Part shown: piece after piece, positions 1 to 8,234 of the stretch
Numbering within the stretch: position 1 is the first letter of the stretch
Layout of the letters: every line of letters begins with the position of its first letter
Assembly: GCA_964603325.1 (NCBI GenBank)
Contig: CAZRUH010000001.1
Coordinates: 5,452-52,053, forward strand
DNA from: an uncultured Bdellovibrionales bacterium
GTDB lineage: Bacteria; Patescibacteriota; Minisyncoccia; Moranbacterales; UBA9337
Reading direction: 5' to 3'
Length of the DNA: 46,602 nt
Notes under the pieces: generated by a model
Database searches by the model: none
Seen by the model: the letters and a program-made list of their open reading frames with translations, nothing else
Told to the model about the DNA's origin: nothing
Program-made: the position numbers and the translations under genes

Positions 1-318
1 CGACAGGAACATTCCCAGGGATGGCATCGGAAAAAGTGAAAAGTCTACCATTTGTCGCCAAGGAAATTATTTTTTAATTATAAGAACACAATCAAGTCTG
101 GACAGTTTTAAAAGATATTTGAGTAGATTTATAATTTTAAATAAAAAAGTTTTCGGAACACTTACGGTTTTCCACTTAAAGCCAAAACCTGCTATAATAA
201 ATTGTGAAAAACCGAATATAAAAACTTTCCGCACTTATAAAGGAGAGGGAGGCGCTGTGGCTAAGAGGTATAAGTGGAAAGAAATTTTTTAAATTTTAAT
301 TTTTTTATAAATAAAAAT

Positions 319-1716
319 ATGAAGAAAAACAAATATAAAATAGGAATAATTCTGGGAGTCTTTATGATGGTAGTTCTTGCTTATATCTTAACCGGTACCG
401 TATTTGGTGAGGATGATGAAAACAAAACGGGAGACCATGCTTCAGAAATAAGGCGGGAAACGGAAGATTATGAGCAAGAAGCCGGTTTGGAAGAAAAAAA
501 TACTGATGATGATATTAAAGATGAAAAGAATGATGTTGAGAGCAGAATAGAGAATGAAAAGAATAAAATGGAGAAAAGGATAAAAGAGAAAAAAAGAAAG
601 ACTAAAGAGCGCGCGGAAAAATTGCAAGAGAAGGCAGGAGAATATGAAAACAAGAAAAAAGATAATGACAATGTTTCTGATGTTGAAGTGGAAATTGAAC
701 CAAAAAATGTTATTGATGATAAAGTAAGAGAAGTTGGACTTCGTGTTAAAACAAAAAAAAGCGTAAAAAAAGTTGAATATTACATTGATGACAATGAAGA
801 GGATATTTATTTGGGACGGGCCAAGGAAGAATATCTAAAAAATGATGATGAAAATAATAATGAAAGCGGTGTTGATGAAAAAAACAAAGAAGAAAAAGAA
901 TGGAAATTAAACATTGATCAGGAAAACAGATTACCGAACGGTGAATATGATGTCTATGCAAAAATACATACGGATAATGGAGAAAAAGAAAGCAAAAGGG
1001 TAAAAATAAGAGTTGAAAAAAAATATATTGATCTTGAGAAACAACAGGAAAAATTGAAAGAAAAATTTGGAGAACTTAGTCCGAATGTTGATTCTGACAA
1101 TGATGGTGTTTCTGATGCTGATGAAAAAAGATTGGGGACAAATCCGTATTTGGCAGATACCGATAATGATGGATATATAGATGGTGATGAAATTAATAAT
1201 GGCTTTGATCCACTAAAGGCATCGGAAGGAAATAAAAGTGATAAGGTTGTTTTTGAGAGTCCGAAGGATAAAGGGGTTGTTCGCAATGAGTACAAGGTGG
1301 AGGACGTTAAAATGGAAAAAGACGGCGATGAAAATAAAATTTTGTTAAAAGGAAAAGCTTTGCCAAATACATTTGTAAGAGTATATATTTATAGCAATAA
1401 TCCGATTATTGTTACCGTAAGAACGGACAATGACGGCAATTGGTCTTATAAGCTTGACAAGGAATTGAAAAATGGTGAACATGAGGTTTATGTAGCTATA
1501 ACTGATAATACCGGAAAGATTACTTCAAAGAGTAAGCCATTGGCATTTGTTAAAACCGCTAAAGCTGTGAGCGTTATCCCGGTTGCGAATGCAAAAACGA
1601 CTGAATCTCCGGTGGAAACTATGACCCAATATAATATAGTGTATGGTATCATCATAGTAATAGCTGTATTTTCTGTGGCTTTGATTATTATAAAACTTTT
1701 ATTAACACATAAATAA
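319..1716 (+). CDS. Secreted or membrane-anchored surface protein: E/K-rich low-complexity region, thrombospondin-type-3-like Ca-binding repeats, Ig-like region, C-terminal TM helix
   Basis: The ORF track gives 274..1716 from a GTG. I prefer ATG 319, which gives MKKNKYKIGIILGVFMMVVLAYIL, a hydrophobic signal/anchor. Contains DSDNDGVSDADEKRLGTNPYLADTDNDGYIDGDEINNGFDP (DxDxDG repeats) and a beta-rich segment TFVRVYIYS..DNDGNWSY..GEHEVYVAITD. The C-terminal hydrophobic helix is IVYGIIIVIAVFSVALIIIKLLL. Confidence 0.6.
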   Translation: MKKNKYKIGIILGVFMMVVLAYILTGTVFGEDDENKTGDHASEIRRETEDYEQEAGLEEKNTDDDIKDEKNDVESRIENEKNKMEKRIKEKKRKTKERAEKLQEKAGEYENKKKDNDNVSDVEVEIEPKNVIDDKVREVGLRVKTKKSVKKVEYYIDDNEEDIYLGRAKEEYLKNDDENNNESGVDEKNKEEKEWKLNIDQENRLPNGEYDVYAKIHTDNGEKESKRVKIRVEKKYIDLEKQQEKLKEKFGELSPNVDSDNDGVSDADEKRLGTNPYLADTDNDGYIDGDEINNGFDPLKASEGNKSDKVVFESPKDKGVVRNEYKVEDVKMEKDGDENKILLKGKALPNTFVRVYIYSNNPIIVTVRTDNDGNWSYKLDKELKNGEHEVYVAITDNTGKITSKSKPLAFVKTAKAVSVIPVANAKTTESPVETMTQYNIVYGIIIVIAVFSVALIIIKLLLTHK

Positions 1717-1739
1717 TAGGCACTTAAACCATTGTGTGA

Positions 1740-3092
1740 ATGTTTGAAATAGTTGAAAAACTGAAATTTTTCAAAAGGAACTATATAGTTTGGTATTCGT
1801 TGCTTTTGATTGTTGTTGTGGTCGGGGTTATATTATTTGGAAACTATTATTCCCTTAGCAAGTTTGAATACAATACAGATAGACTTTTGCAAAGCAAGGC
1901 TATTTTAGCGGAGGATATATTTAATGTTTTGGTATCGGATAATGATTTTAGCGACCAAAGTTCCTTAAATGGGAAAATATCTGAAATTTTAAAGAATGAT
2001 TCGGAGATAAAAAAGATAGAAATTTTGTTATCAAATAATAACAAAGACGGATATAAAATTGTTGCTTCCAGCGATAAGCACAATGTTGGAAAAGAAATGG
2101 ATAATGATTTATTAAGAATGGCCTTTGGTAATGATGTTGGGATAGCCTTTCTCAATAATGATAGCAATGGAAAAAGGTATTGGGAAGTTGTAAAGGTGAT
2201 AAAAAATAATGGAAAGAGAATAGGGCTTATTTCTTTTCAAATGTCGTTGGAAGAGCATGATAATTTTATCAAAAAATCAACAAGAGAAGTCTATATAGTT
2301 TTGGCTATTTTGATGTTTTTGGTTTTATTGATTATAGCTAATCACGTTCGTTTTTTTAAGTATGCACTAAAGGCAACCAAGCTTGAGGAGGTTGATAAAA
2401 TGAAAGATGATTTTATTTCTATGGCCAGTCATGAATTAAAAAGTCCTTTGACGGCAATTAGGGGATATATAGAAATATTAAAAGATTCTTTAACGACAAA
2501 AGGAAAAAATATAAAAAATGATAATGTACAGGTGTTGGAGAATATGGAATCTTCCGCTTCCAGGTTGGAAGAGTTGGTATCTGATTTATTGGATGTTTCC
2601 AGATTGCAACAAAATAGAATGCCGATAAATTTATCTAAAGTGGATTTAGATAATGTAATTGAAGGAATTATCAAAGAACTTATGATTAGCGCAAAGAACA
2701 AGGGACTGGATTTAATTTATGTTAAGCCAAAAAATATAGTTGAGGTTTTGGCCGATGCCGGAAGAGTAAAGCAAATTCTGATTAATTTGCTGAGTAACGC
2801 CATAAAATATACTCCGAAGGGCAAAGTTGAAATTACTTTAAGGGAAGATGCAAAAAATATTTTTGTTACCGTTGCGGATACGGGATTGGGTATCTCCGCC
2901 AAAAATTTAAAAAAATTGTTTTCAAAGTTTTATCGCGTTAAGACAGATAAAACGGTGAATATATCGGGAACGGGGCTGGGGCTATGGATTTCCAGAGAAA
3001 TTGCCAGAAAAATGAAAGGAGATTTGACTGTGGAAAGTATAGAGGGTGTCGGATCACATTTTACATTAAAGTTAAAGAAATATAAGAAATAA
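1740..3092 (+). CDS. Sensor histidine kinase (two TM helices flanking an extracytoplasmic sensor domain, HisKA and HATPase_c)
   Basis: H-box is FISMASHELKSPLTAIRGYIEIL. N-box is LINLLSNAIKYTP. G-boxes are DTGLGIS and GTGLGLWISREIA. TM segments are YIVWYSLLLIVVVVGVILF and VYIVLAILMFLVLLIIA. Confidence 0.9.
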   Translation: MFEIVEKLKFFKRNYIVWYSLLLIVVVVGVILFGNYYSLSKFEYNTDRLLQSKAILAEDIFNVLVSDNDFSDQSSLNGKISEILKNDSEIKKIEILLSNNNKDGYKIVASSDKHNVGKEMDNDLLRMAFGNDVGIAFLNNDSNGKRYWEVVKVIKNNGKRIGLISFQMSLEEHDNFIKKSTREVYIVLAILMFLVLLIIANHVRFFKYALKATKLEEVDKMKDDFISMASHELKSPLTAIRGYIEILKDSLTTKGKNIKNDNVQVLENMESSASRLEELVSDLLDVSRLQQNRMPINLSKVDLDNVIEGIIKELMISAKNKGLDLIYVKPKNIVEVLADAGRVKQILINLLSNAIKYTPKGKVEITLREDAKNIFVTVADTGLGISAKNLKKLFSKFYRVKTDKTVNISGTGLGLWISREIARKMKGDLTVESIEGVGSHFTLKLKKYKK

Positions 3093-3102
3093 ATTATAGT
3101 GT

Positions 3103-4263
3103 ATGATTAGAGTGTTGTTTTTTAATTATGAATATCCTCCGCTGGGAGGTGGAGCGGCTAATGCCACCGCTTATTTATTAAGGGAATTTTCAAAAAAACA
3201 TAATTTAAAAATTGATTTAATCACTTCTTCCATTGATGGCGATAATCATATTGAAAAAATTGGCAATAATATTAAAATTTATCGTTTGCCAATAGGAAAA
3301 AATAAAAACAGGTTACACTTTCAAACGCAGAAGGAGCTAGTGGTTTATTCATGGAAGGCCTATTTTTTCGCGCGCAAGCTTGTGCGAAAAAATAAGTATG
3401 ATTTAACCCATTCTTTCTTCGCTGTTCCCTGTGGATTTATTTCACATTTACTATGGAGAGAAAAAAAACTTCCTTATATAATTTCTTTAAGAGGATCAGA
3501 TGTGCCCGGATATAGTGAGCGTTTTTCTCTGATTTATAAAATTCTCATACCATTAATCAGAGTTATTTGGAAATATGCTGAATTTGTGGTTGCCAACAGT
3601 TTGGAATTTAAAAAATTGGCTCAAAAAGTTAATCCAAATCAAAAAATAAAAGTAATTACCAACGGAATAGATGTTAAGGAATTTTATTGCAGAAATTTAT
3701 TAAATGAAGGTAATGCAGAAGATAGTTTTAGGGTGATTTGTGGTTCAAGGATAACACCGAGAAAAGGAATTCGTTTTATTATTAAAGCGACGCAAATTCT
3801 AAAATCAAAAGGTATAAAAATTGAATTGGATATTATTGGTGAGGGTAATGAAAAGAGAGATTTGGAAAAAATGGTTGATAATATGAACTTAAACAAAGAA
3901 ATTAATTTTTTGGGAGTGATAAAACATAGTGAATTGCCGAAATATTATCAGAGATCAAATGTTTATGTCTCCGCTTCGTTTAATGAAGGTATGAGCAATA
4001 CCATGTTGGAAGCTTTGGCTTGCGGTTTACCGATTATAGCGACAAAAACCGGAGGAACAAATGAAATGGTTTTTTCAGGAGAAAACGGTTTTGTTGTTGA
4101 AATGAAGTCGGCAGAAGATATTGCCAAAAAGATAGAGATTATTTTCAATAATTTTGAATTGGAAAAAAAGATGTCGGAAAAAAGTCGTCAAATTGCTGAA
4201 AAGATGAGTTGGGAAAATATAGCGAATGATTACGAGGCGCTGTATAAAAAAATAAAACAATAA
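3103..4263 (+). CDS. Glycosyltransferase, family 4 (GT-B fold)
   Basis: N-terminal YPPLGGGAANA motif. C-terminal EGMSNTMLEALACGLPIIATKTGG..E motif, typical of the Glycos_transf_1 EX7E region. Confidence 0.85.
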   Translation: MIRVLFFNYEYPPLGGGAANATAYLLREFSKKHNLKIDLITSSIDGDNHIEKIGNNIKIYRLPIGKNKNRLHFQTQKELVVYSWKAYFFARKLVRKNKYDLTHSFFAVPCGFISHLLWREKKLPYIISLRGSDVPGYSERFSLIYKILIPLIRVIWKYAEFVVANSLEFKKLAQKVNPNQKIKVITNGIDVKEFYCRNLLNEGNAEDSFRVICGSRITPRKGIRFIIKATQILKSKGIKIELDIIGEGNEKRDLEKMVDNMNLNKEINFLGVIKHSELPKYYQRSNVYVSASFNEGMSNTMLEALACGLPIIATKTGGTNEMVFSGENGFVVEMKSAEDIAKKIEIIFNNFELEKKMSEKSRQIAEKMSWENIANDYEALYKKIKQ

Positions 4264-4312
4264 GAATATTATGAGATTTGATGGTTAATTTGTAAAATTT
4301 TTTTTAAAGTCA

Positions 4313-5206
4313 TTGGGAAGTCTGTTTTTTGTATGGTGGATTTTATTTGCGGTTAATTGGCTGGAAATTTGGTCGTTTTTGCAAAAAATAACCCGGTGGC
4401 AAATAGTTATGTATATGGTATTATATGTTATGGGAATGATTTTCTCTTCCTATAAGTGGAAATTTCTAGCTAAACATAAAGGAATAAGTCTACCTTTTAA
4501 ATATTTTTTTAAATCATATTTTACAGCTACTTTTATAAACAATTTTTTCCCTTCATTTGTTGGCGGAGATGGGTTTAAAATTTATTACATTGGCAAAAAA
4601 ACAGGAAAATTGAAAGAATCCGCGTCAAGTGTCTTTATGGACAGGTTAACAGGTTTGTGGGGGGCGATGTTTTTAGCTGTTATTTTCTTTGTTCTTAATT
4701 TATCAATACTTGTGCATAGCCAAATTTTAATAATAATAAATATTTTGATTATAGCGGGTTTAATTATATGGTTTTTTATTTTAGAATTATTTAAAAAAAG
4801 AATAATTTCTGTTCCCAATAAAAAAATCGGCAAAACGCTAAATATTTTTATTAATGAAATTAATCATTATAATGGAAAAACAAGAGAAATTTGGAAAGCG
4901 ATTTTATTATCTTTTCCTTTTAATTTCATTGGTCTGGCGGGAGCCAATTATATTCTTTTCTTGTCCATGGGAATTGATATAAATTTATTAAATTATTTAT
5001 CGGTTATTTTTTTAATTAGCATTGTATCGTCCGTTCCAATAACAATAAACAATATTGGTATAAAAGAATGGGCGTATATTACCTTTTTCGGTTTTTTCGG
5101 TTTAAATTCTTCTGCGGTAATCAGTGTGGCAATTTTGAGCCGTTTTATTCAAATGATAATCAGTTTTTTTGCATTACCTATTTATTTAATAGAAAAAAAG
5201 AAGTAA
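4313..5206 (+). CDS. Polytopic membrane protein, flippase-like / lysylphosphatidylglycerol-synthase TM-region (UPF0104) family
   Basis: 297-aa ORF with a TTG start in the track. About 8 hydrophobic helices. Contains KWKFLAKHKGISLPF..FINNFFPSFVGGDGFKIYY, which resembles the UPF0104 signature. Lies directly downstream of the GT4 gene. Confidence 0.5.
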   Translation: MGSLFFVWWILFAVNWLEIWSFLQKITRWQIVMYMVLYVMGMIFSSYKWKFLAKHKGISLPFKYFFKSYFTATFINNFFPSFVGGDGFKIYYIGKKTGKLKESASSVFMDRLTGLWGAMFLAVIFFVLNLSILVHSQILIIINILIIAGLIIWFFILELFKKRIISVPNKKIGKTLNIFINEINHYNGKTREIWKAILLSFPFNFIGLAGANYILFLSMGIDINLLNYLSVIFLISIVSSVPITINNIGIKEWAYITFFGFFGLNSSAVISVAILSRFIQMIISFFALPIYLIEKKK

Positions 5207-5209
5207 TTT

Positions 5210-5296
5210 GGTGGAATGGCTGAGTGGTTTAAAGCGCTGCTCTCGAAAAGCAGTGGACGAGAAATCGTCTCAGAGGTTCAAATCCTCTTTCCACCG
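5210..5296 (+). tRNA. tRNA-Ser (anticodon CGA), class II tRNA with a long variable arm; no encoded CCA
   Basis: Manual fold: acceptor GGTGGAA/TTCCACC plus discriminator G; anticodon stem CTGCT/AGCAG with loop CT-CGA-AA; variable arm GACGA-GAAA-TCGTC; T arm AGAGG-TTCAAAT-CCTCT. Confidence 0.85.
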
Positions 5297-5415
5297 CAAA
5301 TTAAAGTATATCGTTTTCATTTTGTTTAGATGTAAAGGTGCTTACATTATCAGCGAATAGAAATTATTGCAAAAATATAAAGAGGCATTATTTTTTAAAA
5401 TATTGTAAATAAAAT

Positions 5416-5443
5416 TTGACAAAAAAAATATATCTGTTAATAT
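5416..5443 (+). promoter_or_regulatory. Candidate sigma70-type promoter for the infA/ribosomal-protein operon
   Basis: TTGACA at 5416-5421, a 16-nt spacer, then TAATAT at 5438-5443 preceded by TGT (extended -10-like). Confidence 0.4.
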
Positions 5444-5473
5444 TATTACAGTAAAATTTTATATGGTTTAAGC

Positions 5474-5543
5474 AATAGAGGTATTCTATTCCGCTACTCA
5501 AGAATTAGGAATGTAATGTTATTGAGTTTACTCCTCTATTTTT
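5474..5543 (+). promoter_or_regulatory. Long imperfect hairpin plus T-run in the infA 5' leader (attenuator or protein-binding leader candidate)
   Basis: AATAGAGG (5474-5481) pairs with CCTCTATT (5533-5540). Inner stem ACTCAA (5496-5501) pairs with TTGAGT (5522-5527). Followed by TTTGTG, then the infA ATG at 5556. Confidence 0.3.
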
Positions 5544-5555
5544 GTGTTGGTATAT

Positions 5556-5774
5556 ATGAGTCAAAAAAAAGAATTAATAGTTGTTGAAGGTGTAATTAAA
5601 GAATCTCTTCCGAGTACCACATTTAGAGTGTTGTTAGATAATGGTCATGAAATTTTAGCTCATATTTCCGGAAAAATGAGAGTTCACTATATAAAGCTTT
5701 TGCCCGGGGATCGTGTGACTGTGGAAATGAGCCCCTATGATTTATCAAGAGGCAGAATAACAAAAAGATTATAA
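5556..5774 (+). CDS. infA: Translation initiation factor IF-1
   Basis: Contains [62 protein letters not shown], the canonical S1-like IF-1 sequence. ATG 5556 is preferred over the track's 5544 start. Confidence 0.9.
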   Translation: MSQKKELIVVEGVIKESLPSTTFRVLLDNGHEILAHISGKMRVHYIKLLPGDRVTVEMSPYDLSRGRITKRL

Positions 5775-5796
5775 TTTTTTTTAATTTATTTTTATT

Positions 5797-5910
5797 ATGA
5801 AAGTTAGAGCATCTGTGAAAAAAATGTGCGCTCATTGTAAAGTCGTTCGCAGGAGAGGAAAGCTTTTTGTTCTTTGTTCTAATCCGAAACATAAGCAACG
5901 GCAGGGTTAA
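5797..5910 (+). CDS. rpmJ: 50S ribosomal protein L36
   Basis: Not in the ORF track because it is under 60 aa. Hand translation of ATG 5797 to TAA 5908-5910 gives [37 protein letters not shown], the canonical 37-aa Zn-ribbon L36. Confidence 0.9.
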   Translation: MKVRASVKKMCAHCKVVRRRGKLFVLCSNPKHKQRQG

Positions 5911-5933
5911 TTTTATAATGTTATTTTTTAAAT

Positions 5934-6473
5934 ATGACTGAGGAAAAGAAAAAAAATAGTGATAATAAAGTTGTTGATTCCTTAAATGTAAAGGGGGAAA
6001 AAGAAAGAGCAGTAATTAAAAAAGCTGACAACGGGAAAGATAAGGAAGTAGGAAATATTGAAGATAGCGCCAATAAAGAGGTTGCAAATTCATCATCGGT
6101 AACGAAAAAGAAAAAGGGCAAAAAAATGGTTTATAAAGGTCAAGCGCATATTAAATGCACTTATAATAATACGGTAATTACCATTACCGATACCAACGGA
6201 GCAACGCTGGGATGGTCTAGCGCGGGGCTACTTGGTTTTAAAGGGGCAAAGAAATCTACGCCTTTTGCGGCCACTAAAGTTGCTGCGGATGTTTCTGAAA
6301 AAGTAAAAAAATTTGGCTTAAAAGAGTTGATGGTTTTTATTAAAGGTGTTGGTGGTGGCAGAGAGTCAACGGTTAGAGGTTTGGCTGGAGCGGGATTTGA
6401 TATTTTGTTAATTAAAGATGTTACTCCAATTCCTCATAATGGTTGTCGCAGGAGAAGACCTAGAAGAGTTTAA
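5934..6473 (+). CDS. rpsK: 30S ribosomal protein S11 with a K/E-rich N-terminal extension of about 55-60 aa
   Basis: Core is GQAHIKCTYNNTVITITDTNGATLGWSSAGLLGFKGAKKSTPFAA..IKDVTPIPHNGCRRRRPRRV. The N-terminal extension is MTEEKKKNSDNKVV..KKKKGKK. Confidence 0.9.
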   Translation: MTEEKKKNSDNKVVDSLNVKGEKERAVIKKADNGKDKEVGNIEDSANKEVANSSSVTKKKKGKKMVYKGQAHIKCTYNNTVITITDTNGATLGWSSAGLLGFKGAKKSTPFAATKVAADVSEKVKKFGLKELMVFIKGVGGGRESTVRGLAGAGFDILLIKDVTPIPHNGCRRRRPRRV

Positions 6474-6509
6474 AAATTAGAGAATAAAAATTAATTTTTT
6501 GTAATAATT

Positions 6510-6896
6510 ATGGCTAGAATAGTTGGTGTAAATATACCGGACAACAAAAGAATAGAGATTGCTTTAACTTATATTTTTGGTATAGGTAGATCTACAAGCA
6601 ATGTTATTTTAGATAAGTTGGATATAGATAAAAATATCCGCGCCAAAGATTTGACCAAAGAAAATATAAACGCTCTAAAAAATGAAATTGAAACTAATTA
6701 TAAAATAGAAGGTGAGTTAAAGCACGAAATTAGAATGAATATTAAGAGATTAAAGGAGATAGGTTGTTATCGTGGAATTAGGCATCAAAAAAGTTTGCCG
6801 GTTAGAGGGCAAAGAACCAAGACTAACACAAGAACAGTTAGGGGAAATGTTAGACATACTGCGGGAAGTGGACGAAGAACGGTTGAAAAAACTTAA
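6510..6896 (+). CDS. rpsM: 30S ribosomal protein S13
   Basis: Contains MARIVGVNIPDNKRIEIALTYIFGIGRSTS..CYRGIRHQKSLPVRGQRTKTNTRT. Confidence 0.95.
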   Translation: MARIVGVNIPDNKRIEIALTYIFGIGRSTSNVILDKLDIDKNIRAKDLTKENINALKNEIETNYKIEGELKHEIRMNIKRLKEIGCYRGIRHQKSLPVRGQRTKTNTRTVRGNVRHTAGSGRRTVEKT

Positions 6897-6972
6897 CAAG
6901 TATTTGATCAATAATATGTTTTTTTATGGATAAATTATTAGTTGTATACTAATGATTTACCGGTTATAAGTA

Positions 6973-7605
6973 ATGGCAAGAGATTTAAATCCAAAATGCA
7001 AACAATGTAGAAGAGCAAAAGAAAAACTTTTTCTAAAAGGTGATCGTTGTGGTTCTCCAAAGTGCGCGATGGTAAAAAAAGCTTATGCTCCGGGAATGCA
7101 TGGGCAAAAAATGGTTAGAGGTCTTAGCGAATACGGAAAACAATTGGCAATGAAGCAAAGAATTAAAAGGATTTATGGTGTTTTGGAAAAACAATTCAGA
7201 AAACATTTCCAAGAAATAAAAAACAAACAAGGTGTGACGGGAGATTTGTTAATGATAAGATTGGAGCTCAGGTTAGATAATGTTGTTTATCGTATGGGAC
7301 TTGGATCATCCAGAAGTGTCGCCAGGCAATTGGTTAACCATGGCTGGATTAGAGTTAATGGGAAAAAGTTAACAATTCCTTCAGCAAAGGTCAATGTTGG
7401 CGATGTTATTACTGTTAATGATACCAAAAAGGAAAAAGGTTATTATAAAAACAGATTGAAAGTTTTAAAAAATAAAGATACTTCCCCGTCATGGTTAAGT
7501 GTCAACCTTTCCAATATGGAAACTAAAATTTTAGCGGAGCCGGATACTTCCAGCATTGGAGTTAATGTTGATCCGCAGATGGTGGTGGAATATTATTCCA
7601 GATAG
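6973..7605 (+). CDS. rpsD: 30S ribosomal protein S4
   Basis: Begins MARDLNPKCKQCRRAKEKLFLKGDRC. Includes an S4 RNA-binding domain: LDNVVYRMGLGSSRSVARQLVNHGWIRVNGKK. Confidence 0.95.
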   Translation: MARDLNPKCKQCRRAKEKLFLKGDRCGSPKCAMVKKAYAPGMHGQKMVRGLSEYGKQLAMKQRIKRIYGVLEKQFRKHFQEIKNKQGVTGDLLMIRLELRLDNVVYRMGLGSSRSVARQLVNHGWIRVNGKKLTIPSAKVNVGDVITVNDTKKEKGYYKNRLKVLKNKDTSPSWLSVNLSNMETKILAEPDTSSIGVNVDPQMVVEYYSR

Positions 7606-7652
7606 TTGTTTTTGGATATTAAATATATTAATAATTTTCTTATAATAAAAAT

Positions 7653-8222
7653 ATGCAATCAATAACCCTTCCCAAAAAAAGTAAATTTATTGAAACCGGA
7701 GAAAATTCCGGAAAGTTTATAATAGAAGAATGTTACCCGGGATATGGAACAACATTGGGAAATTCTTTAAGAAGAGTTTTGTTGTCTTCTTTGGATGGAG
7801 CAGCTGTTACGGCTGTAAAAATTAAGGGTGTTTCTCACGAATTCTCCACCATTGAAGGAGTTTTGGAAGATGTTGTTCAAATAATTTTAAATGTGAAAAA
7901 AATTCGTTTTAAATTTTTCGGAGACAATCCAATTAGAGTGGAGTTGAAGCATAAAGGAAAAGGGGAGATTACCGCTAAAAACATTAAATGTCCTTCTGAC
8001 GCGGAAGTTGTTAATGGTGAGCAAATTATTGCTACAGCCACTTCAAGCAAAGCCAATTTGGAGATGGAATTAGAAATTTCAAAAGGAATCGGGTATGTTC
8101 CCGTTGATCAACAAACAAAGATGGGCGAATTAAATTGGATTGCAGTTGATGCCATTTACACTCCGATTAAGAGGGTGAATTATCAAGTTGAAAATATGCG
8201 TGTTGGAAAGAGAACAGATTAA
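7653..8222 (+). CDS. rpoA: DNA-directed RNA polymerase alpha subunit, N-terminal fragment, ending at an in-frame TAA (8220-8222)
   Basis: Contains GKFIIEECYPGYGTTLGNSLRRVLLSSLDGAAVTAVKI and NYQVENMRVGKRTD. The stop falls inside the conserved NTD segment. See the finding. Confidence 0.9.
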   Translation: MQSITLPKKSKFIETGENSGKFIIEECYPGYGTTLGNSLRRVLLSSLDGAAVTAVKIKGVSHEFSTIEGVLEDVVQIILNVKKIRFKFFGDNPIRVELKHKGKGEITAKNIKCPSDAEVVNGEQIIATATSSKANLEMELEISKGIGYVPVDQQTKMGELNWIAVDAIYTPIKRVNYQVENMRVGKRTD

Positions 8223-8234
8223 GATAAGATAATT

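Noticed and set aside
1-77. A possible CDS fragment at the left edge. Plus frame 3 reads ..TGTFPGMASEKVKSLPFVAKEIIF-stop at 75-77. The minus strand is also open across 1-60.
   Set aside because: It is too short to choose between strands or to assign a product, so it is not reported as a feature.
442-1295. Four minus-strand ORFs (442..627, 468..671, 746..961, 954..1295) antisense to the first surface-protein gene.
   Set aside because: They lie opposite a GAA/AAA-rich (Glu/Lys) low-complexity coding region, which automatically gives stop-free Phe/Leu/Ser-rich antisense frames. Their translations are low-complexity with no motifs.
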